DNA from: an uncultured Verrucomicrobiae bacterium
GTDB lineage: Bacteria; Verrucomicrobiota; Verrucomicrobiia; Chthoniobacterales; JAFAMB01
Reading direction: 5' to 3'
Length of the DNA: 64,000 nt
Assembly: GCA_963837955.1 (NCBI GenBank)
Contig: CAWIPH010000002.1
Coordinates: 4,384,001-4,448,000 of the forward strand
The notes beneath the pieces were generated by a model. It did no database searches and had not been told where the DNA came from. It saw nothing but the letters and a program-made list of their open reading frames with translations. Shown piece by piece: positions 26,888 to 37,605 of this stretch (the first letter of the stretch is position 1; each line of letters begins with the position of its first letter). A program made the translations under genes and the position numbers.

Positions 26888-28588
26888 TCATTCTCTGATC
26901 CGGAATCCGTCACGCAGCGTCGGGCCTCGCTGCTCAAGCTTCCGATCGAGGCGGTCGGGCGGTGTCACCGGTAGTTCCCAATCCCCCGAATCTGAGCCCG
27001 TTGCAGGAACCCAAACGTGAAGGCCGGTATCCGTGCGCCGCAAGGCCATTGGTGGTCCGATCCCGACATAGTTTGGAAACTGGAGCGGCTCAGCGTCTAG
27101 CCGAAGGAATCCAGGGATGATTTCCACCGCCAGAAAGATAGCGACGACCGGGACCACCCATTTCCTGGTAATCTTCGTTTGTTCGGTGGTAACAATCACT
27201 CCCAGATAGAAGAGATCCACTGCAAAGATCCATATCGTAGCCTGGCCAAAGCGCGGACTTGGCGCCGAGAAGAACCAGAACAGTAGCGATAAGACAATCG
27301 GGGAAAAAAGTAAGGTCCACTGAATGAGCCGGGAGCGCGAGTAGCCACGCCGCAGCAGCCAGCCGGAAAATATCAGTCCAATTATCGTCAGGGCTGTGGC
27401 TTTGAGGACAATGGGATAAGTGGGCAACTGCTGGAGCCACGAACCTAGCCAGGACCAGCCGCCTAACACCTCCTGCCATTGCAGATTATAAGGGGCTCTC
27501 GCCCAGCTCATGATCCAGTTTTGCTCTTTGGCAGCGAGCTCGAGCGGGGCTGCCCAGTCAAAACCGAGACGACCGATTGCGGCTGGGAAGAACGGGTAGC
27601 CGCTCGTGATGTATCCTCGAGCGATCCAGGGAAGGCAGAAAATGCAAGTGAGAAAGGAAGGGATGATCAGCTGACGCAATGTCAGCCGCGACCGAATCCA
27701 GCATAGGATCACCACGCCAATGCCTGTCGCTGCAAGAGCTGCATACGATACTTTGAACGACACCGCCATTGTCCCGGCCAGGAAAGCCCAGAATGCTGCG
27801 CTTGCTCCGGCAGATTCTCGATCCAGGACGATATCCCGAAGGTACCAAGCAAACAAAATGGCCGCACTAGCCGCTGCAACATCTGGTTGGGGAGAGGAGA
27901 GACAATTCGAGAATAGTAATGACGTTGGAAAAGGCAGTAGTAGCAGCGCGTAGATCGAACGGGTCGAATAAGTTGTAATTCCCTGGACAAGAACGTTTAA
28001 CGTAACCAGCACAATTGACGAATTAACAAATTCTCGACCTAACCAGAGTCCCCCGGGTGAGCTAAAGAGTGCGGCCAGAGGATCCAGGGCGGAGTTAAAG
28101 CCCAAGCGACCATGCAGATTGGCAAGACCGGGTACCGAACCGAATTCAGCGGCCCAGCGGACCGCTTGCAAGTGATAGCCCGTTACATCATAGCAAGTGA
28201 GCGCGCTCGTAAGCGCATTCCAGGCTGCGATCAGCAAAACCGGAACCATTACGGTCAGCAAGAAAATACTGATCCCGCCCTTGCGTAGAACGTCAATTGC
28301 TGCTCGACGGCGAAGGACCAGGCATAAGAGGGTTGCTGAACAGAGTATTCCATTCGCCCAAGGATACAGTCCTCCAAACAAGCTCCAGGCCTCCGAGAAA
28401 AAGATCGCGACACCTAAGCCGAGCAGGCTGAGGTCCGACCAGCTGAAGGGGCCGGATATCCAACGCGCCAGCCAAGACCAAGCGGCGAGACCAACGAGGA
28501 AAAGCTCGAATTGAAACCCAAGCAAAAATGGCACGCTCTTGAGGAGGTATCGCAGGAGCCAAACGAAATGGACAATTGAACCTAACAT
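26888..28588 (-). CDS. Polytopic membrane protein (possible GT-C-like glycosyltransferase)
   Basis: Many TMs; YDVTGYHLQAVRW...PGLANLHGRLGFNS, SPQPD, TSGYPFFP, WFFSAPSPRFG. Confidence 0.7.
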   Translation of the reverse strand: MLGSIVHFVWLLRYLLKSVPFLLGFQFELFLVGLAAWSWLARWISGPFSWSDLSLLGLGVAIFFSEAWSLFGGLYPWANGILCSATLLCLVLRRRAAIDVLRKGGISIFLLTVMVPVLLIAAWNALTSALTCYDVTGYHLQAVRWAAEFGSVPGLANLHGRLGFNSALDPLAALFSSPGGLWLGREFVNSSIVLVTLNVLVQGITTYSTRSIYALLLLPFPTSLLFSNCLSSPQPDVAAASAAILFAWYLRDIVLDRESAGASAAFWAFLAGTMAVSFKVSYAALAATGIGVVILCWIRSRLTLRQLIIPSFLTCIFCLPWIARGYITSGYPFFPAAIGRLGFDWAAPLELAAKEQNWIMSWARAPYNLQWQEVLGGWSWLGSWLQQLPTYPIVLKATALTIIGLIFSGWLLRRGYSRSRLIQWTLLFSPIVLSLLFWFFSAPSPRFGQATIWIFAVDLFYLGVIVTTEQTKITRKWVVPVVAIFLAVEIIPGFLRLDAEPLQFPNYVGIGPPMALRRTDTGLHVWVPATGSDSGDWELPVTPPDRLDRKLEQRGPTLRDGFRIRE

Positions 28589-28692
28589 CCTAATTGACGA
28601 TCTCTTACAGGAACTCTGCCGAGCCAGTCAATGCAGCCAAGGTTCTCCTTCCGTTGACGCGACGCCACCTCGTGCCATTGTTCCGATTCGCT

Positions 28693-30057
28693 ATGGCGCA
28701 ACAAAAGTCCGGCTCGGACCGCATGGAAAAGATCGTCAGCCTCTGCAAACGGAGAGGCTTTATCTTCCAGTCGAGCGAAATCTACGGAGGCCTTAACGGC
28801 TGCTGGGATTACGGACCACTGGGAACGGAGCTGAAGAGAAACCTCAAGGACTTCTGGTGGCGCCGGATGGTGAGGGAGCGAGACGATGTCGTTGGCATGG
28901 ACGGTTCGATCCTCATGAATCGAAAGGTCTGGATCGCTAGCGGGCACGAAAATACCTTCACCGATCCGATGGTCGACTGCCGGAATTGTAAATCTCGACT
29001 GCGAGCCGATCAGTTAGCCGAAAAGAATGGTCAGAAGCAGTGTCCGGTTTGCGGCAGCTTGGATTTAACCGAGCCTCGCGCCTTCAACTTGATGTTTAAA
29101 ACTTACGTTGGCGCAACCGAAGATGAATCAGCGATCACTTATCTTCGACCGGAGACAGCCCAAGCTATCTTCGTTCAATTTAGAAACATATTAGAGGTCG
29201 CCCGGAAAAAACTTCCATTCGGAATCGCCCAAATCGGCAAAGCATTCCGCAACGAAATCAATCCACGTAACTTCATATTTCGATCTCGCGAGTTTGAGCA
29301 GATGGAACTGGAATACTTCTGCCGGCCCGAAAATGGCCTGGAGCTGCTGGAGTATTGGCTACAAGAGCGTCTTCGGTTTTATCGCGATATCGGGTTGTCC
29401 TCGGATTCTCTTCACGTCCATAAGATCCCGCCTGAGGAATGTGCGCATTACTCCAAAGGGACCTACGATATCGAGTTCAACTTCCCGTTTGGTATCCAAG
29501 AGTTGGAAGGGGTCGCGTATCGGACCGATTACGATCTTACCCAACATCAACGGGCCAGCGGGAAGCCGTTGGAGTATTTCGACGAAGAATCGAAGCAGCA
29601 TTTCATTCCGCATGTCGTAGAACCGAGCGCGGGCGTTGATCGCACCGCGCTGGCCCTGCTCTGCGCAGCTTATGACGAAGAAGTGGTCTCGGATGAGAAA
29701 GGTAAATCGGAGATCCGTACCGTCCTGCGTTTCCACCCGCGGATGGCTCCAATTAAATGCGGCGTGTTCCCATTGCTCAAAAACAATGAATCCCTGGTGA
29801 AACAGGCCCGCAAAATCGTCGAGCTTCTAAGAGATGACATGATGGTATTTTATGACGAAACCGGCGCGATCGGCCGCCGGTATCGTCGCCAAGACGAAGC
29901 AGGAACACCATTTGGGGTGACAGTAGACTTCGACACGCTTGGAGAAAACGGCCCCGCGCTGCGCGATTCGGTTACCGTGCGACACCGAGACTCCATGGAG
30001 CAGGAGCGAATAGCAATAAAGGAGCTACCCAGTTTTTTAGCTGAACGAATCCGTTGA
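28693..30057 (+). CDS. glyQS: Glycine--tRNA ligase (homodimeric, eukaryote-type)
   Basis: SLCKRRGFIFQSSEIYGG, YLRPETAQAIF, GKAFRNEI.PRNFIFRSREFEQME, IGRRYRRQDEAGTP. Confidence 0.97.
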   Translation: MAQQKSGSDRMEKIVSLCKRRGFIFQSSEIYGGLNGCWDYGPLGTELKRNLKDFWWRRMVRERDDVVGMDGSILMNRKVWIASGHENTFTDPMVDCRNCKSRLRADQLAEKNGQKQCPVCGSLDLTEPRAFNLMFKTYVGATEDESAITYLRPETAQAIFVQFRNILEVARKKLPFGIAQIGKAFRNEINPRNFIFRSREFEQMELEYFCRPENGLELLEYWLQERLRFYRDIGLSSDSLHVHKIPPEECAHYSKGTYDIEFNFPFGIQELEGVAYRTDYDLTQHQRASGKPLEYFDEESKQHFIPHVVEPSAGVDRTALALLCAAYDEEVVSDEKGKSEIRTVLRFHPRMAPIKCGVFPLLKNNESLVKQARKIVELLRDDMMVFYDETGAIGRRYRRQDEAGTPFGVTVDFDTLGENGPALRDSVTVRHRDSMEQERIAIKELPSFLAERIR

Positions 30058-30173
30058 TCTAATGTCGTACTATCAGCCGATGTACCTGGCCACCGACGAA
30101 TGGTGATCGACTCAACTCGGGCCAATCCCGAGCATTGCAAATAACTGGCGAATCGGTTGTTATAACTGAAATC

Positions 30174-30914
30174 ATGTCGAGTGACCGCAGGCCATCCGGA
30201 AGGAGAATTTTGAATACCGGATTGCAGAATTATCCCGGACCGGGAAAAACGCCGCGAGGAGTCTGGGTCATTGTCGGGTTGGGGATACTCTTTGCCCTCG
30301 GCGCACTCGGGATAGGCGCTTTTATCGCGTTCAAGGCCTTAAAGGAAAAGAGCGAAAACGCGCAGACTTCAGGTAGCCCATCGGCATCGGTCAAAGGCTC
30401 ACCGGTCGCAGAAGCCTCTCCTGTGCCATCGGGATCGCCTGAGGCGGTCACGTCAGATGCGAAGGAACAGGATGAGATGCGTAAAGAGGTGTTGACTCGA
30501 ATTGATGTGATGAAAAATCTTTCCCAGAAGGAAAAAGATGAGCTGTACGCTCAGGTAGAGCGCGCTCGCAGTTTCTCCAAAATCGCCGTGATCCCTTTCG
30601 GCACGGCCAAAGTTACGCCGACCAGTTCGCAGATTGATGATCTGGTTAAGCGATTACAGGAATCCGACAACAAAACACTCGTGGATGATCCCACGGTCGT
30701 TCTCTTCTTTGTTGGATTCGCCGATAAACAGGGCGATGAATCGAAGAACCAAGAAATTTCGCGGACTCGGGCCGAGGCCGTGGAGAAAGCGCTCTCCGCT
30801 CGCGCGAAAATCAACAACATCACCCATTCCGTCGGGATGGGAGGGCAAGATTTATTCGATAAGGCTAACCTGGTAAAGAACCGCCTGGTGGAAGTTTGGG
30901 CTGTTCAACCATAA
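30174..30914 (+). CDS. OmpA-like domain membrane protein
   Basis: Single TM, Ser/Pro linker, VGFADKQGD..KNQEISRTRA, KNRLVEVW. Confidence 0.8.
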   Translation: MSSDRRPSGRRILNTGLQNYPGPGKTPRGVWVIVGLGILFALGALGIGAFIAFKALKEKSENAQTSGSPSASVKGSPVAEASPVPSGSPEAVTSDAKEQDEMRKEVLTRIDVMKNLSQKEKDELYAQVERARSFSKIAVIPFGTAKVTPTSSQIDDLVKRLQESDNKTLVDDPTVVLFFVGFADKQGDESKNQEISRTRAEAVEKALSARAKINNITHSVGMGGQDLFDKANLVKNRLVEVWAVQP

Positions 30915-31118
30915 GCGGTCTTCCCGAGCTCCCATATCCAAGTAGCTCGGCGGAAAAAACCTGATAGCCGAAATCTGGCTCGCGGCGCCGTGATAACATT
31001 GCTTTTCCCGGATCGGTCCGTCGCAGATATTTTGCAATCCCGGGAACCCCGATCTCTCAATGATGAGAGTTTTCGGCGGCCAAGTACAATGAGTCCGCGA
31101 CCGTAGACTCAAAAAAAT

Positions 31119-32006
31119 TTACGCCGGCGGATTGCCGCGTTGCGCTTGCAGAGTATAAGACGGGCTGGAAGGGCGAAGCGTCTTCCATATTGCCATAACG
31201 CGATCAACGTTTCGCTGGATCCGTCGTAAATACGGATTCGATCCGTCTCCAATTTCCAACCATCGATATACGCCTCCCCATTCGTTATCGAGGGTCTTTA
31301 ATACGTATTCGGAATAAAATTTCTCGGTTCCAGACAACAATTCCAAGAGACTCTGGCAAGCCGCCGGGCCGCTCTGCTCTAGATGTGAAAAAAGGGCGGC
31401 TTCTCGCAATTCCAGGTACAGAGCGGGAAGCCTTTCCGGATAGTCGTCTGCGGCCATTTGTCCAAGCATGTCACCGGTCGCTACCAAGGCACCGATTAGC
31501 CACTCCGACCGGGAACGAAATCCGATCTGACTCATTTTAGCGCCGATTGCGGTTGCGCAGATTGCTCGTTGGACAAGGAGCAACTCGCCGCTGCTAAAGC
31601 CGAACGACGGCAAAAGGTCCCAAGCCAAGAAACAGCTTCGACCGACATGAATACTGGTATGTTTGGCCCCTGAGCCTTCCAGGTCATTACGACGTTTGAG
31701 ATAGCCTGCGTCGTGCAATAAAATGGACGCTATCGTGACCTCCCATTCGCGATCGCTGAACCGAGTCTCCGTCAACAGTTGATCGTGCGCTCCCAAAAGC
31801 CGAACTACTACTTCCGTAGCCTGCATGGTGTGATCAAAATCATGGAATGCTGTATCGCACGGTTCCAGTTCTGAGTTCGCCCCATGAAAGAGGTCAAAAG
31901 TGAAGTCAACTAGCCGGCAAGCTATCTCAGCGAGCCGCGCTCTCTCCCCCACGCAAAAGCTTCGGACGCTGTTGAGCGTTAGATAATAACTCCGGGGGTG
32001 AAACAT
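31119..32006 (-). CDS. HD-domain metal-dependent phosphohydrolase
   Basis: FHDFDHTMQ, ILLHDAGY, HVGRS, TGDMLGQMA..DYPERL..LY.E; start uncertain. Confidence 0.82.
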   Translation of the reverse strand: MFHPRSYYLTLNSVRSFCVGERARLAEIACRLVDFTFDLFHGANSELEPCDTAFHDFDHTMQATEVVVRLLGAHDQLLTETRFSDREWEVTIASILLHDAGYLKRRNDLEGSGAKHTSIHVGRSCFLAWDLLPSFGFSSGELLLVQRAICATAIGAKMSQIGFRSRSEWLIGALVATGDMLGQMAADDYPERLPALYLELREAALFSHLEQSGPAACQSLLELLSGTEKFYSEYVLKTLDNEWGGVYRWLEIGDGSNPYLRRIQRNVDRVMAIWKTLRPSSPSYTLQAQRGNPPA

Positions 32007-32152
32007 CAGAATAGTTGGCACGTTGAAGCCGAGGACAACATCAAGCAAACCAAAAATGCCGTCTCAAAAAGGAAGGACCGAGTGATTTTTTTTAAGCATA
32101 ATTGCGAAAAAAAACATTGCCAAGCGCCCCACGGCGTTTAGTGTGCAGTCTG

Positions 32153-32214
32153 CCAGCTCGATTGGCCCCCAGAATCGTGTTCCCCCTCTGATCGAGCTGG
32201 TTTTTCCTTTTTTT
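32153..32214 (+). terminator. Intrinsic terminator-like hairpin on the + strand with no upstream + gene (candidate sRNA)
   Basis: CCAGCTCGAT...ATCGAGCTGG then TTTTTCCTTTTTTT; TTGCCA-16-TAGTGT just upstream. Confidence 0.5.
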
Positions 32215-32275
32215 GGCACGGAGACGGAGTGCTGCGCGTTTTAGGACCGCCCAAAATCTGGTCCCAACCGCTATT

Positions 32276-33496
32276 TCAGGGCACTAAAGGTCGTTTACTT
32301 TCTATGAATAACGCGTGAAGGAGACGCACGGCTTCGTTCACCTGCTCTCGATGAATCATCCAGGTAATGCGAAATGAAGACGTAGCCACCCCAAACGACC
32401 TAATTTTCGTTTTCTGCAGTGCTTCGGAACCTTGTCGGACTTTCTCGTGAGATGCGTTAATACCGGCGCCCACCACGCTAACCGCACCTAGCTCGTCATT
32501 CCAAATCAGGTCGGATCCCAAAGTCCCGAGTTTCTTCCGCAGGCTTGAAATCTGATGCAGATTTTCTTTCGAGATCACCAATGTGAGTCCATCCTGGTGA
32601 CCCCCGATTGTGGTGACGTGAAGCTGTTTACCCGGACATCCGAATTCATCCATAATAGCCAACAGTTCATCCACCTTGCGGCTCTGAATCATCACTACCT
32701 GTTCTTCACTGGCCACGCCAATAACCGAACCTGGCAGGCGCGGTGGGGACTTGCGCACCACGGTGCCGTCCTGTGACGGGTCCGGACCGGGAAGCGGCCC
32801 TGCGGTGGCTCGCGCATAAATCGCGATCCCTTTCTCTTTGGCAAATTCTACCGCTTGGGCATTTAATACTTTCGCTCCCGATTCTGCCAATTCCTGCGTT
32901 TCTTCGTAAGAGAGGACGCCAATTCGCTTTGCGGATGGTACGACTCGTGGGTCACCGGTATAGACGCCATCGACGTCCGAACAGATTTCACACCATTCTG
33001 CCTCCAAAGCCGCTGCCATCGCCACTGCCGTCGTGTCGCTTCCTCCTCGACCCAGGGTCGTAACTTCGCGTCGATAGGAAACTCCTTGATAGCCGGCGAC
33101 GACCACAATCTTTTTGCGAGCAAGTTCGTCTTGCACCCGGAACGGTCTTACTTCGATGATCCGGGCGTCCACATGCCGATCATTCGTGATGATTCCGGAC
33201 TGGCTTCCAGTGAAGCTTATCGCGTCTCCTCCTAACTCCCTGATGGCCATCGAAAGGAGCGCCATCGAAATGCGTTCTCCGGCCGACAACAACATGTCTA
33301 ATTCGCGGCGGTCGGGATTGGCTGAGATCTGCTTAGCCAGTCTCAGCAGATCATCCGTCGTATCGCCCATCGCCGAAACGACCACCACCACGTCATGGCC
33401 CTGGTTCTTCGTTCGCATGATTCGCTCCGCGACGAGCCCCAAACGTTTAACGTCAGCAACACTGCTGCCGCCATACTTTTGGACCACGATTGACAT
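32276..33496 (-). CDS. lysC: Aspartate kinase
   Basis: [46 protein letters not shown]. Confidence 0.95.
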   Translation of the reverse strand: MSIVVQKYGGSSVADVKRLGLVAERIMRTKNQGHDVVVVVSAMGDTTDDLLRLAKQISANPDRRELDMLLSAGERISMALLSMAIRELGGDAISFTGSQSGIITNDRHVDARIIEVRPFRVQDELARKKIVVVAGYQGVSYRREVTTLGRGGSDTTAVAMAAALEAEWCEICSDVDGVYTGDPRVVPSAKRIGVLSYEETQELAESGAKVLNAQAVEFAKEKGIAIYARATAGPLPGPDPSQDGTVVRKSPPRLPGSVIGVASEEQVVMIQSRKVDELLAIMDEFGCPGKQLHVTTIGGHQDGLTLVISKENLHQISSLRKKLGTLGSDLIWNDELGAVSVVGAGINASHEKVRQGSEALQKTKIRSFGVATSSFRITWMIHREQVNEAVRLLHALFIESKRPLVP

Positions 33497-33543
33497 AAAA
33501 ACTCAATGTTTCAGAGCCAGCTCACCAATGGCAAGCCAGGAAT

Positions 33544-33856
33544 GTGTAGCGCCGGGATCGCCGGGAACGCTGAGAGGTGAGAAGTGAGAGGTGAGAAGTG
33601 AGAGGTGAGAAGTGAGAGGTGAGAAGTGATTGGTGAAAGCCTTGCCCTACCGTTTTGCGTCTCCCGCATTCGATGTTCCCACCTACTTTTCGCCTTGCAC
33701 CTCTCATCGTTCCCGGCGCTGTCGGCGTTCCCGGCGCTGTCGGCGTTCCCGGCGTTCCCGGCGTTCCCGGCGCTTTGACCAATCACCAATCACCTCTCAC
33801 TTTTCACTTCTCCTCCGGCGTTCCCGGCGTTCCCGGCGCTGCCGGCGTTCCCAACG
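33544..33856. repeat. Microsatellite mosaic: (GTGAGAG/GTGAGAA)n heptamers and (CCCGGCGTT)n nonamers
   Basis: Heptamer run about 33571-33630; nonamers 33711-33773 and 33815-33851; shares GTTTTGCGTCTCCCGCATTCG with 47146-47166. Confidence 0.85.
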
Positions 33857-35254
33857 TTACCAGCGCAAGAGCTTACCATTCGGCGTTCGCGGTAGATTAG
33901 GTACTCGTATGAAGGTGCGCGGAATTTTTCGCGGATCGAGACGATCGACCAATCGCTCCGCCAAACCGGGGATCACCAACTCGTCGGCCACCAGCTCGGC
34001 GGCGAGGGATTGGGTCCGACTATCCAAAAAAACGCGACTCTCTTTTACCCCCGGTATAGAGTCAATAACCGATTCAACCTCTTCACAAAAGAACCTCACC
34101 CCGTCCACTTCCAGCAGACTCTTGTTGCGACCCGCCAGAACGAGAAATTGTTCTTCGTCGAGATAAGCCATATCGCCGGTTGGATAACCGTATTTCGAAA
34201 GAATCTTGGAGCGCTCTCGCCACGGGTTGAGATAGGCGTCGAGCAGTCCCGGCCCCTTGACATGCAGTTCACCGACTTCGCCTGCTTCTACCGGGGATCC
34301 ATCCTCTCCGACAAAAGTCAGTTTGTAAGCCGGCATCGCTGGTCCCACCGAGTTTGCTTTGGGCAAACGATCGCTCAATGTCAGCAGACCGACTTCGATG
34401 ATTCCTAAGGCCGGGTTCAACGGCCTGCCGAAACGAACACTGAAGTGCTTTTGCAACTTCTCCGAAAGAGCAGCAGCGGTTGAAATAGCCAAGCGGACAG
34501 AATTCAAGTCTCCAGTCCCGTGCTCAATAAGCGCGCGATACGATTCCGGAGACCCATAAATGATCGTCGGATGGAGCTCGGACATCACCTTGCTGATCGT
34601 GCCGGGAGAATCGGCCTGGGTCAGGATCATGGTTGCGCCCCGCGAGAGGTAAAGAAGCACGGAGACCACGAAATGATCGGCCATCGGCTGTCGAAACCAG
34701 ACGCGGTCGGAAGGCGTAATCTTGAGTACTTCGTCCGCCGCCGCCAAGCGATCGACAATCGTCCCATGCCCGAGAAGGACTCCTTTCCTGGTCCCTGTTG
34801 TACCTGAGGTAAAACGGATGTAAGCCGGGAGAGTCGCTCGAAATAATTCGTCGTTGGCCGAGTCGACCGGACCAGCAAAAGGAAATCGAATCAATTGTTC
34901 GTGAGGGCTCAGCAGCCAGTTCAATTGCGCCGCATGAATGGCAAACTCGACCTCAGGCTGAGGGACAAACAATCCAATGGGCGCCACACACATGCCGGTC
35001 GACAGGACTGCGAGGGCATGGACCGGAAATTCGATCCCCTCAGGACAGAGTAGCCCACAGCGCTCATACGTTCGGCAACCGCGCTCCTTTAGCCAGCGCG
35101 CCACCGCATCAACGCGCTCGAGTAACTCTGCGTAGGTTATTCTTTCATTTGTGTCGGCAATAATAAACGCCAGACGATTAGGCTGCTGCTCGGCTTGTTG
35201 CCGAATAAGTTGCAAGATACTCACCGCGCTTGACCTATCAGCCAGGGCTAGCAT
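33857..35254 (-). CDS. AMP-binding (acyl-CoA synthetase-like) adenylate-forming enzyme
   Basis: YIRFTSGTTGTRKGV, GELHVKGPG, TGD, LPRTPNGKLLR; start at 35224 or 35254 (longer ORF would overlap proB). Confidence 0.88.
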   Translation of the reverse strand: MLALADRSSAVSILQLIRQQAEQQPNRLAFIIADTNERITYAELLERVDAVARWLKERGCRTYERCGLLCPEGIEFPVHALAVLSTGMCVAPIGLFVPQPEVEFAIHAAQLNWLLSPHEQLIRFPFAGPVDSANDELFRATLPAYIRFTSGTTGTRKGVLLGHGTIVDRLAAADEVLKITPSDRVWFRQPMADHFVVSVLLYLSRGATMILTQADSPGTISKVMSELHPTIIYGSPESYRALIEHGTGDLNSVRLAISTAAALSEKLQKHFSVRFGRPLNPALGIIEVGLLTLSDRLPKANSVGPAMPAYKLTFVGEDGSPVEAGEVGELHVKGPGLLDAYLNPWRERSKILSKYGYPTGDMAYLDEEQFLVLAGRNKSLLEVDGVRFFCEEVESVIDSIPGVKESRVFLDSRTQSLAAELVADELVIPGLAERLVDRLDPRKIPRTFIRVPNLPRTPNGKLLRW

Positions 35255-35287
35255 TCTGGTCAACTGGAACGATATTCGGCTTCCGAT

Positions 35288-36049
35288 ATGGTAGACAAAC
35301 GCAAGAGGGTGGTCATCAAACTCGGTACTGGCATCCTCACTAAGCCAACCCGAGATGGCCTTGATATGGGCCAGTTTCAACGCCTAAGCGCAGAGATTGC
35401 GGAGACCATTCACGCCGGTACCGAAGTGGTCGTGGTAACCAGTGGGGCCGTGGGCGCTGGTCTCATGCACCTGAGGGTCACCGAACGCCCTTCTGATCTG
35501 CCATCGGTCCAAGCGGCTGCCGCCATCGGTCAATCGCGTTTGATGCGGTTATACGCAACCCTGTTCGCCCGCCATGGCTTACACGTTGCGCAACTGTTGC
35601 TCACTCATCAAGATCTGGACAGCCGGACCAGATTTCAAAACGCCCGTAATACCTTGGAACGGCTCTTGCGTTTCGAGAATATCGTTCCGATCATCAATGA
35701 GAACGACTCGGTTGTGGTCGAGGAACTGAAGTTCGGCGACAACGATCTTTTGTCCGCAGAAGTAGCCACGCTTGGCCGGGCTGATCTCCTATTGATCCTG
35801 ACCAGTGTGGAAGGTCTGCTGGGAGAAGATGACCGGCTAATCCCCGAGGTTACCGACGTCGACGCGGTGGCTGGGCTGGCTAAACGCGAGTTGGGCGTAT
35901 ATTCCCGCGGTGGCATGGTAAGCAAACTGCAAGCGGCAAAACAAGCCTTACAAGCTGGGATACCGACGGTGATAGCGAGTGGTCTCCGACCGAACGTAAT
36001 CAGGGCTGCTATCAACGGGGAAAAGGTTGGAACGCGATTTCTGGTGTAA
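35288..36049 (+). CDS. proB: Glutamate 5-kinase (no PUA domain)
   Basis: RVVIKLGT, VVTSGAVGAG, QAAAAIGQ, VPIINENDSV, FGDND.LSA, GGMVSKL. Confidence 0.95.
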   Translation: MVDKRKRVVIKLGTGILTKPTRDGLDMGQFQRLSAEIAETIHAGTEVVVVTSGAVGAGLMHLRVTERPSDLPSVQAAAAIGQSRLMRLYATLFARHGLHVAQLLLTHQDLDSRTRFQNARNTLERLLRFENIVPIINENDSVVVEELKFGDNDLLSAEVATLGRADLLLILTSVEGLLGEDDRLIPEVTDVDAVAGLAKRELGVYSRGGMVSKLQAAKQALQAGIPTVIASGLRPNVIRAAINGEKVGTRFLV

Positions 36050-36051
36050 TC

Positions 36052-37317
36052 ATGACAACTCAGTCCGAAGAACGAGTGCTCGCTATCGGGGCGCAGGCAC
36101 GTAAAGCAGCACGGGCGATTGCGCGCGCTTCTACCGCTCATAAGGACGCTGCCCTGTTGGCTACGGCTGACCGTATCGAACGTTCGGCCGAACGCATCCT
36201 CGCCGCGAATGAGGCTGATATGAAATCGGCTGCGGCCTCCGGCCTCAGCTCGGCTATGCTGGACCGATTACGGCTCGACTCAGACCGCATTAGTACTCTG
36301 GCAAAAAATATTCGACAGATCGCGATTCTTCCCGATCCCGTCGGCTCGGTAATCCGCCAATGGGACCGAGAAGATGGCTTGGAATTTGCCAAGGTACGAG
36401 TTCCGATCGGAGTGATCGGGATCATCTACGAATCTCGTCCAAACGTGACCAGTGACGCGGCTTCGCTTTGCCTTAAAACCGGAAACGCCGTAATCCTGCG
36501 CGGCGGATCTGAATCTCTGGGTTCAAATCTAGCGATAGCCGAAGCCTTACGCGAAGGCTGCGAACAGGCCGGGATTACACCGGATGCGATACAGATCGTT
36601 GACGTAACGGACAGAGCGGCCGTTCGCGCAATGGCCGAAATGGATCAGTACATTGATCTGATGATCCCGCGCGGTGGAAAGTCGCTCATCGAAACTGTTA
36701 CCAAGCTCGCACGTATGCCGGTCATTAAGCATTACGACGGGATTTGCCATATATATGTCGATCGTGCGGCGGATTTTACGATGGCGGAGAAAATCGTCCT
36801 GAACGCTAAATGTCAGCGCCCCAGCGTTTGCAACGCCGTGGAAACCCTTTTGGTTCATCGTGACATCGCGGACCCCTTTCTCCGCCGTTGCGGGCCAGCC
36901 CTTCAGGAACGTCGGGTCGAGTTGCGCGGCGATGATCGAACCCGTGCCATTCTGGGTTCCGATGTCGTGGTAGCAACCGAAGAAGATTGGCGCACAGAGT
37001 ACCTGGACCTTATTTTGTCCATTCGCGTGGTCGATTCGCTCGAAGCGGCCGTGGACCACATCGAGACCTATGGTTCCCATCACAGCGATGCAATCGTGAC
37101 GGAGGATGAAGCGGCAGCACAGGCCTTCCTACGAGAAGTTGATTCGGCGGCGGTATTTTGGAATGCTTCCACCCGCTTCAATGATGGCGGCGAATTCGGT
37201 TTCGGTGCCGAAATTGGCATCAGCACGAATCGATTACACGCCCGCGGACCGATGGCGTTGGAAGAGCTGACAACATACAAGTACGTCGTGCGAGGCAAGG
37301 GCCACGTGAGAGGTTAG
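36052..37317 (+). CDS. proA: Gamma-glutamyl phosphate reductase
   Basis: VPIGVIGIIYESRPNVT, CNAVETLLVH, NASTRFNDGGEFGFGAEIGIST.RLHARGPM. Confidence 0.97.
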   Translation: MTTQSEERVLAIGAQARKAARAIARASTAHKDAALLATADRIERSAERILAANEADMKSAAASGLSSAMLDRLRLDSDRISTLAKNIRQIAILPDPVGSVIRQWDREDGLEFAKVRVPIGVIGIIYESRPNVTSDAASLCLKTGNAVILRGGSESLGSNLAIAEALREGCEQAGITPDAIQIVDVTDRAAVRAMAEMDQYIDLMIPRGGKSLIETVTKLARMPVIKHYDGICHIYVDRAADFTMAEKIVLNAKCQRPSVCNAVETLLVHRDIADPFLRRCGPALQERRVELRGDDRTRAILGSDVVVATEEDWRTEYLDLILSIRVVDSLEAAVDHIETYGSHHSDAIVTEDEAAAQAFLREVDSAAVFWNASTRFNDGGEFGFGAEIGISTNRLHARGPMALEELTTYKYVVRGKGHVRG

Positions 37318-37327
37318 CAATCCGCTT

Positions 37328-37545
37328 TCGTCCTCGTCCTCGAATCGTGCTCGTCGTCGTCCTCGAATCGAACTCATGCCGACTTATCCGCCATAGTCCC
37401 GCGACTAGCATCTGCGTCAACAGAAGGCCGATGTCTGGTTCTCCGCCAAGCGGGAGGGATCGCACGTCCTCGTGCGCCGCGGATCGCGAGGACGCGATCC
37501 CTCCCGGGGGCAGAGAACCAGACATCGGCCTTCTGTTGACGCGCA
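37328..37545. repeat. Hexamer run followed by a nested long hairpin (30-bp perfect inverted repeat enclosing a second hairpin)
   Basis: GCGTCAACAGAAGGCCGATGTCTGGTTCTC (37414-37443) / GAGAACCAGACATCGGCCTTCTGTTGACGC (37513-37542); inner GGGAGGGATCGC..GCGATCCCTCCC. Confidence 0.85.
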
Positions 37546-37605
37546 AGGACGCACTGCGGGACCAGGCTTTCGCCCACCGAAACCGTTGACAGCCGCCACC
37601 GCCCA

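Noticed and set aside
33497..33700. Lysine riboswitch upstream of lysC
   Set aside because: Leader consists of heptamer/nonamer repeats; no L-box consensus recognised
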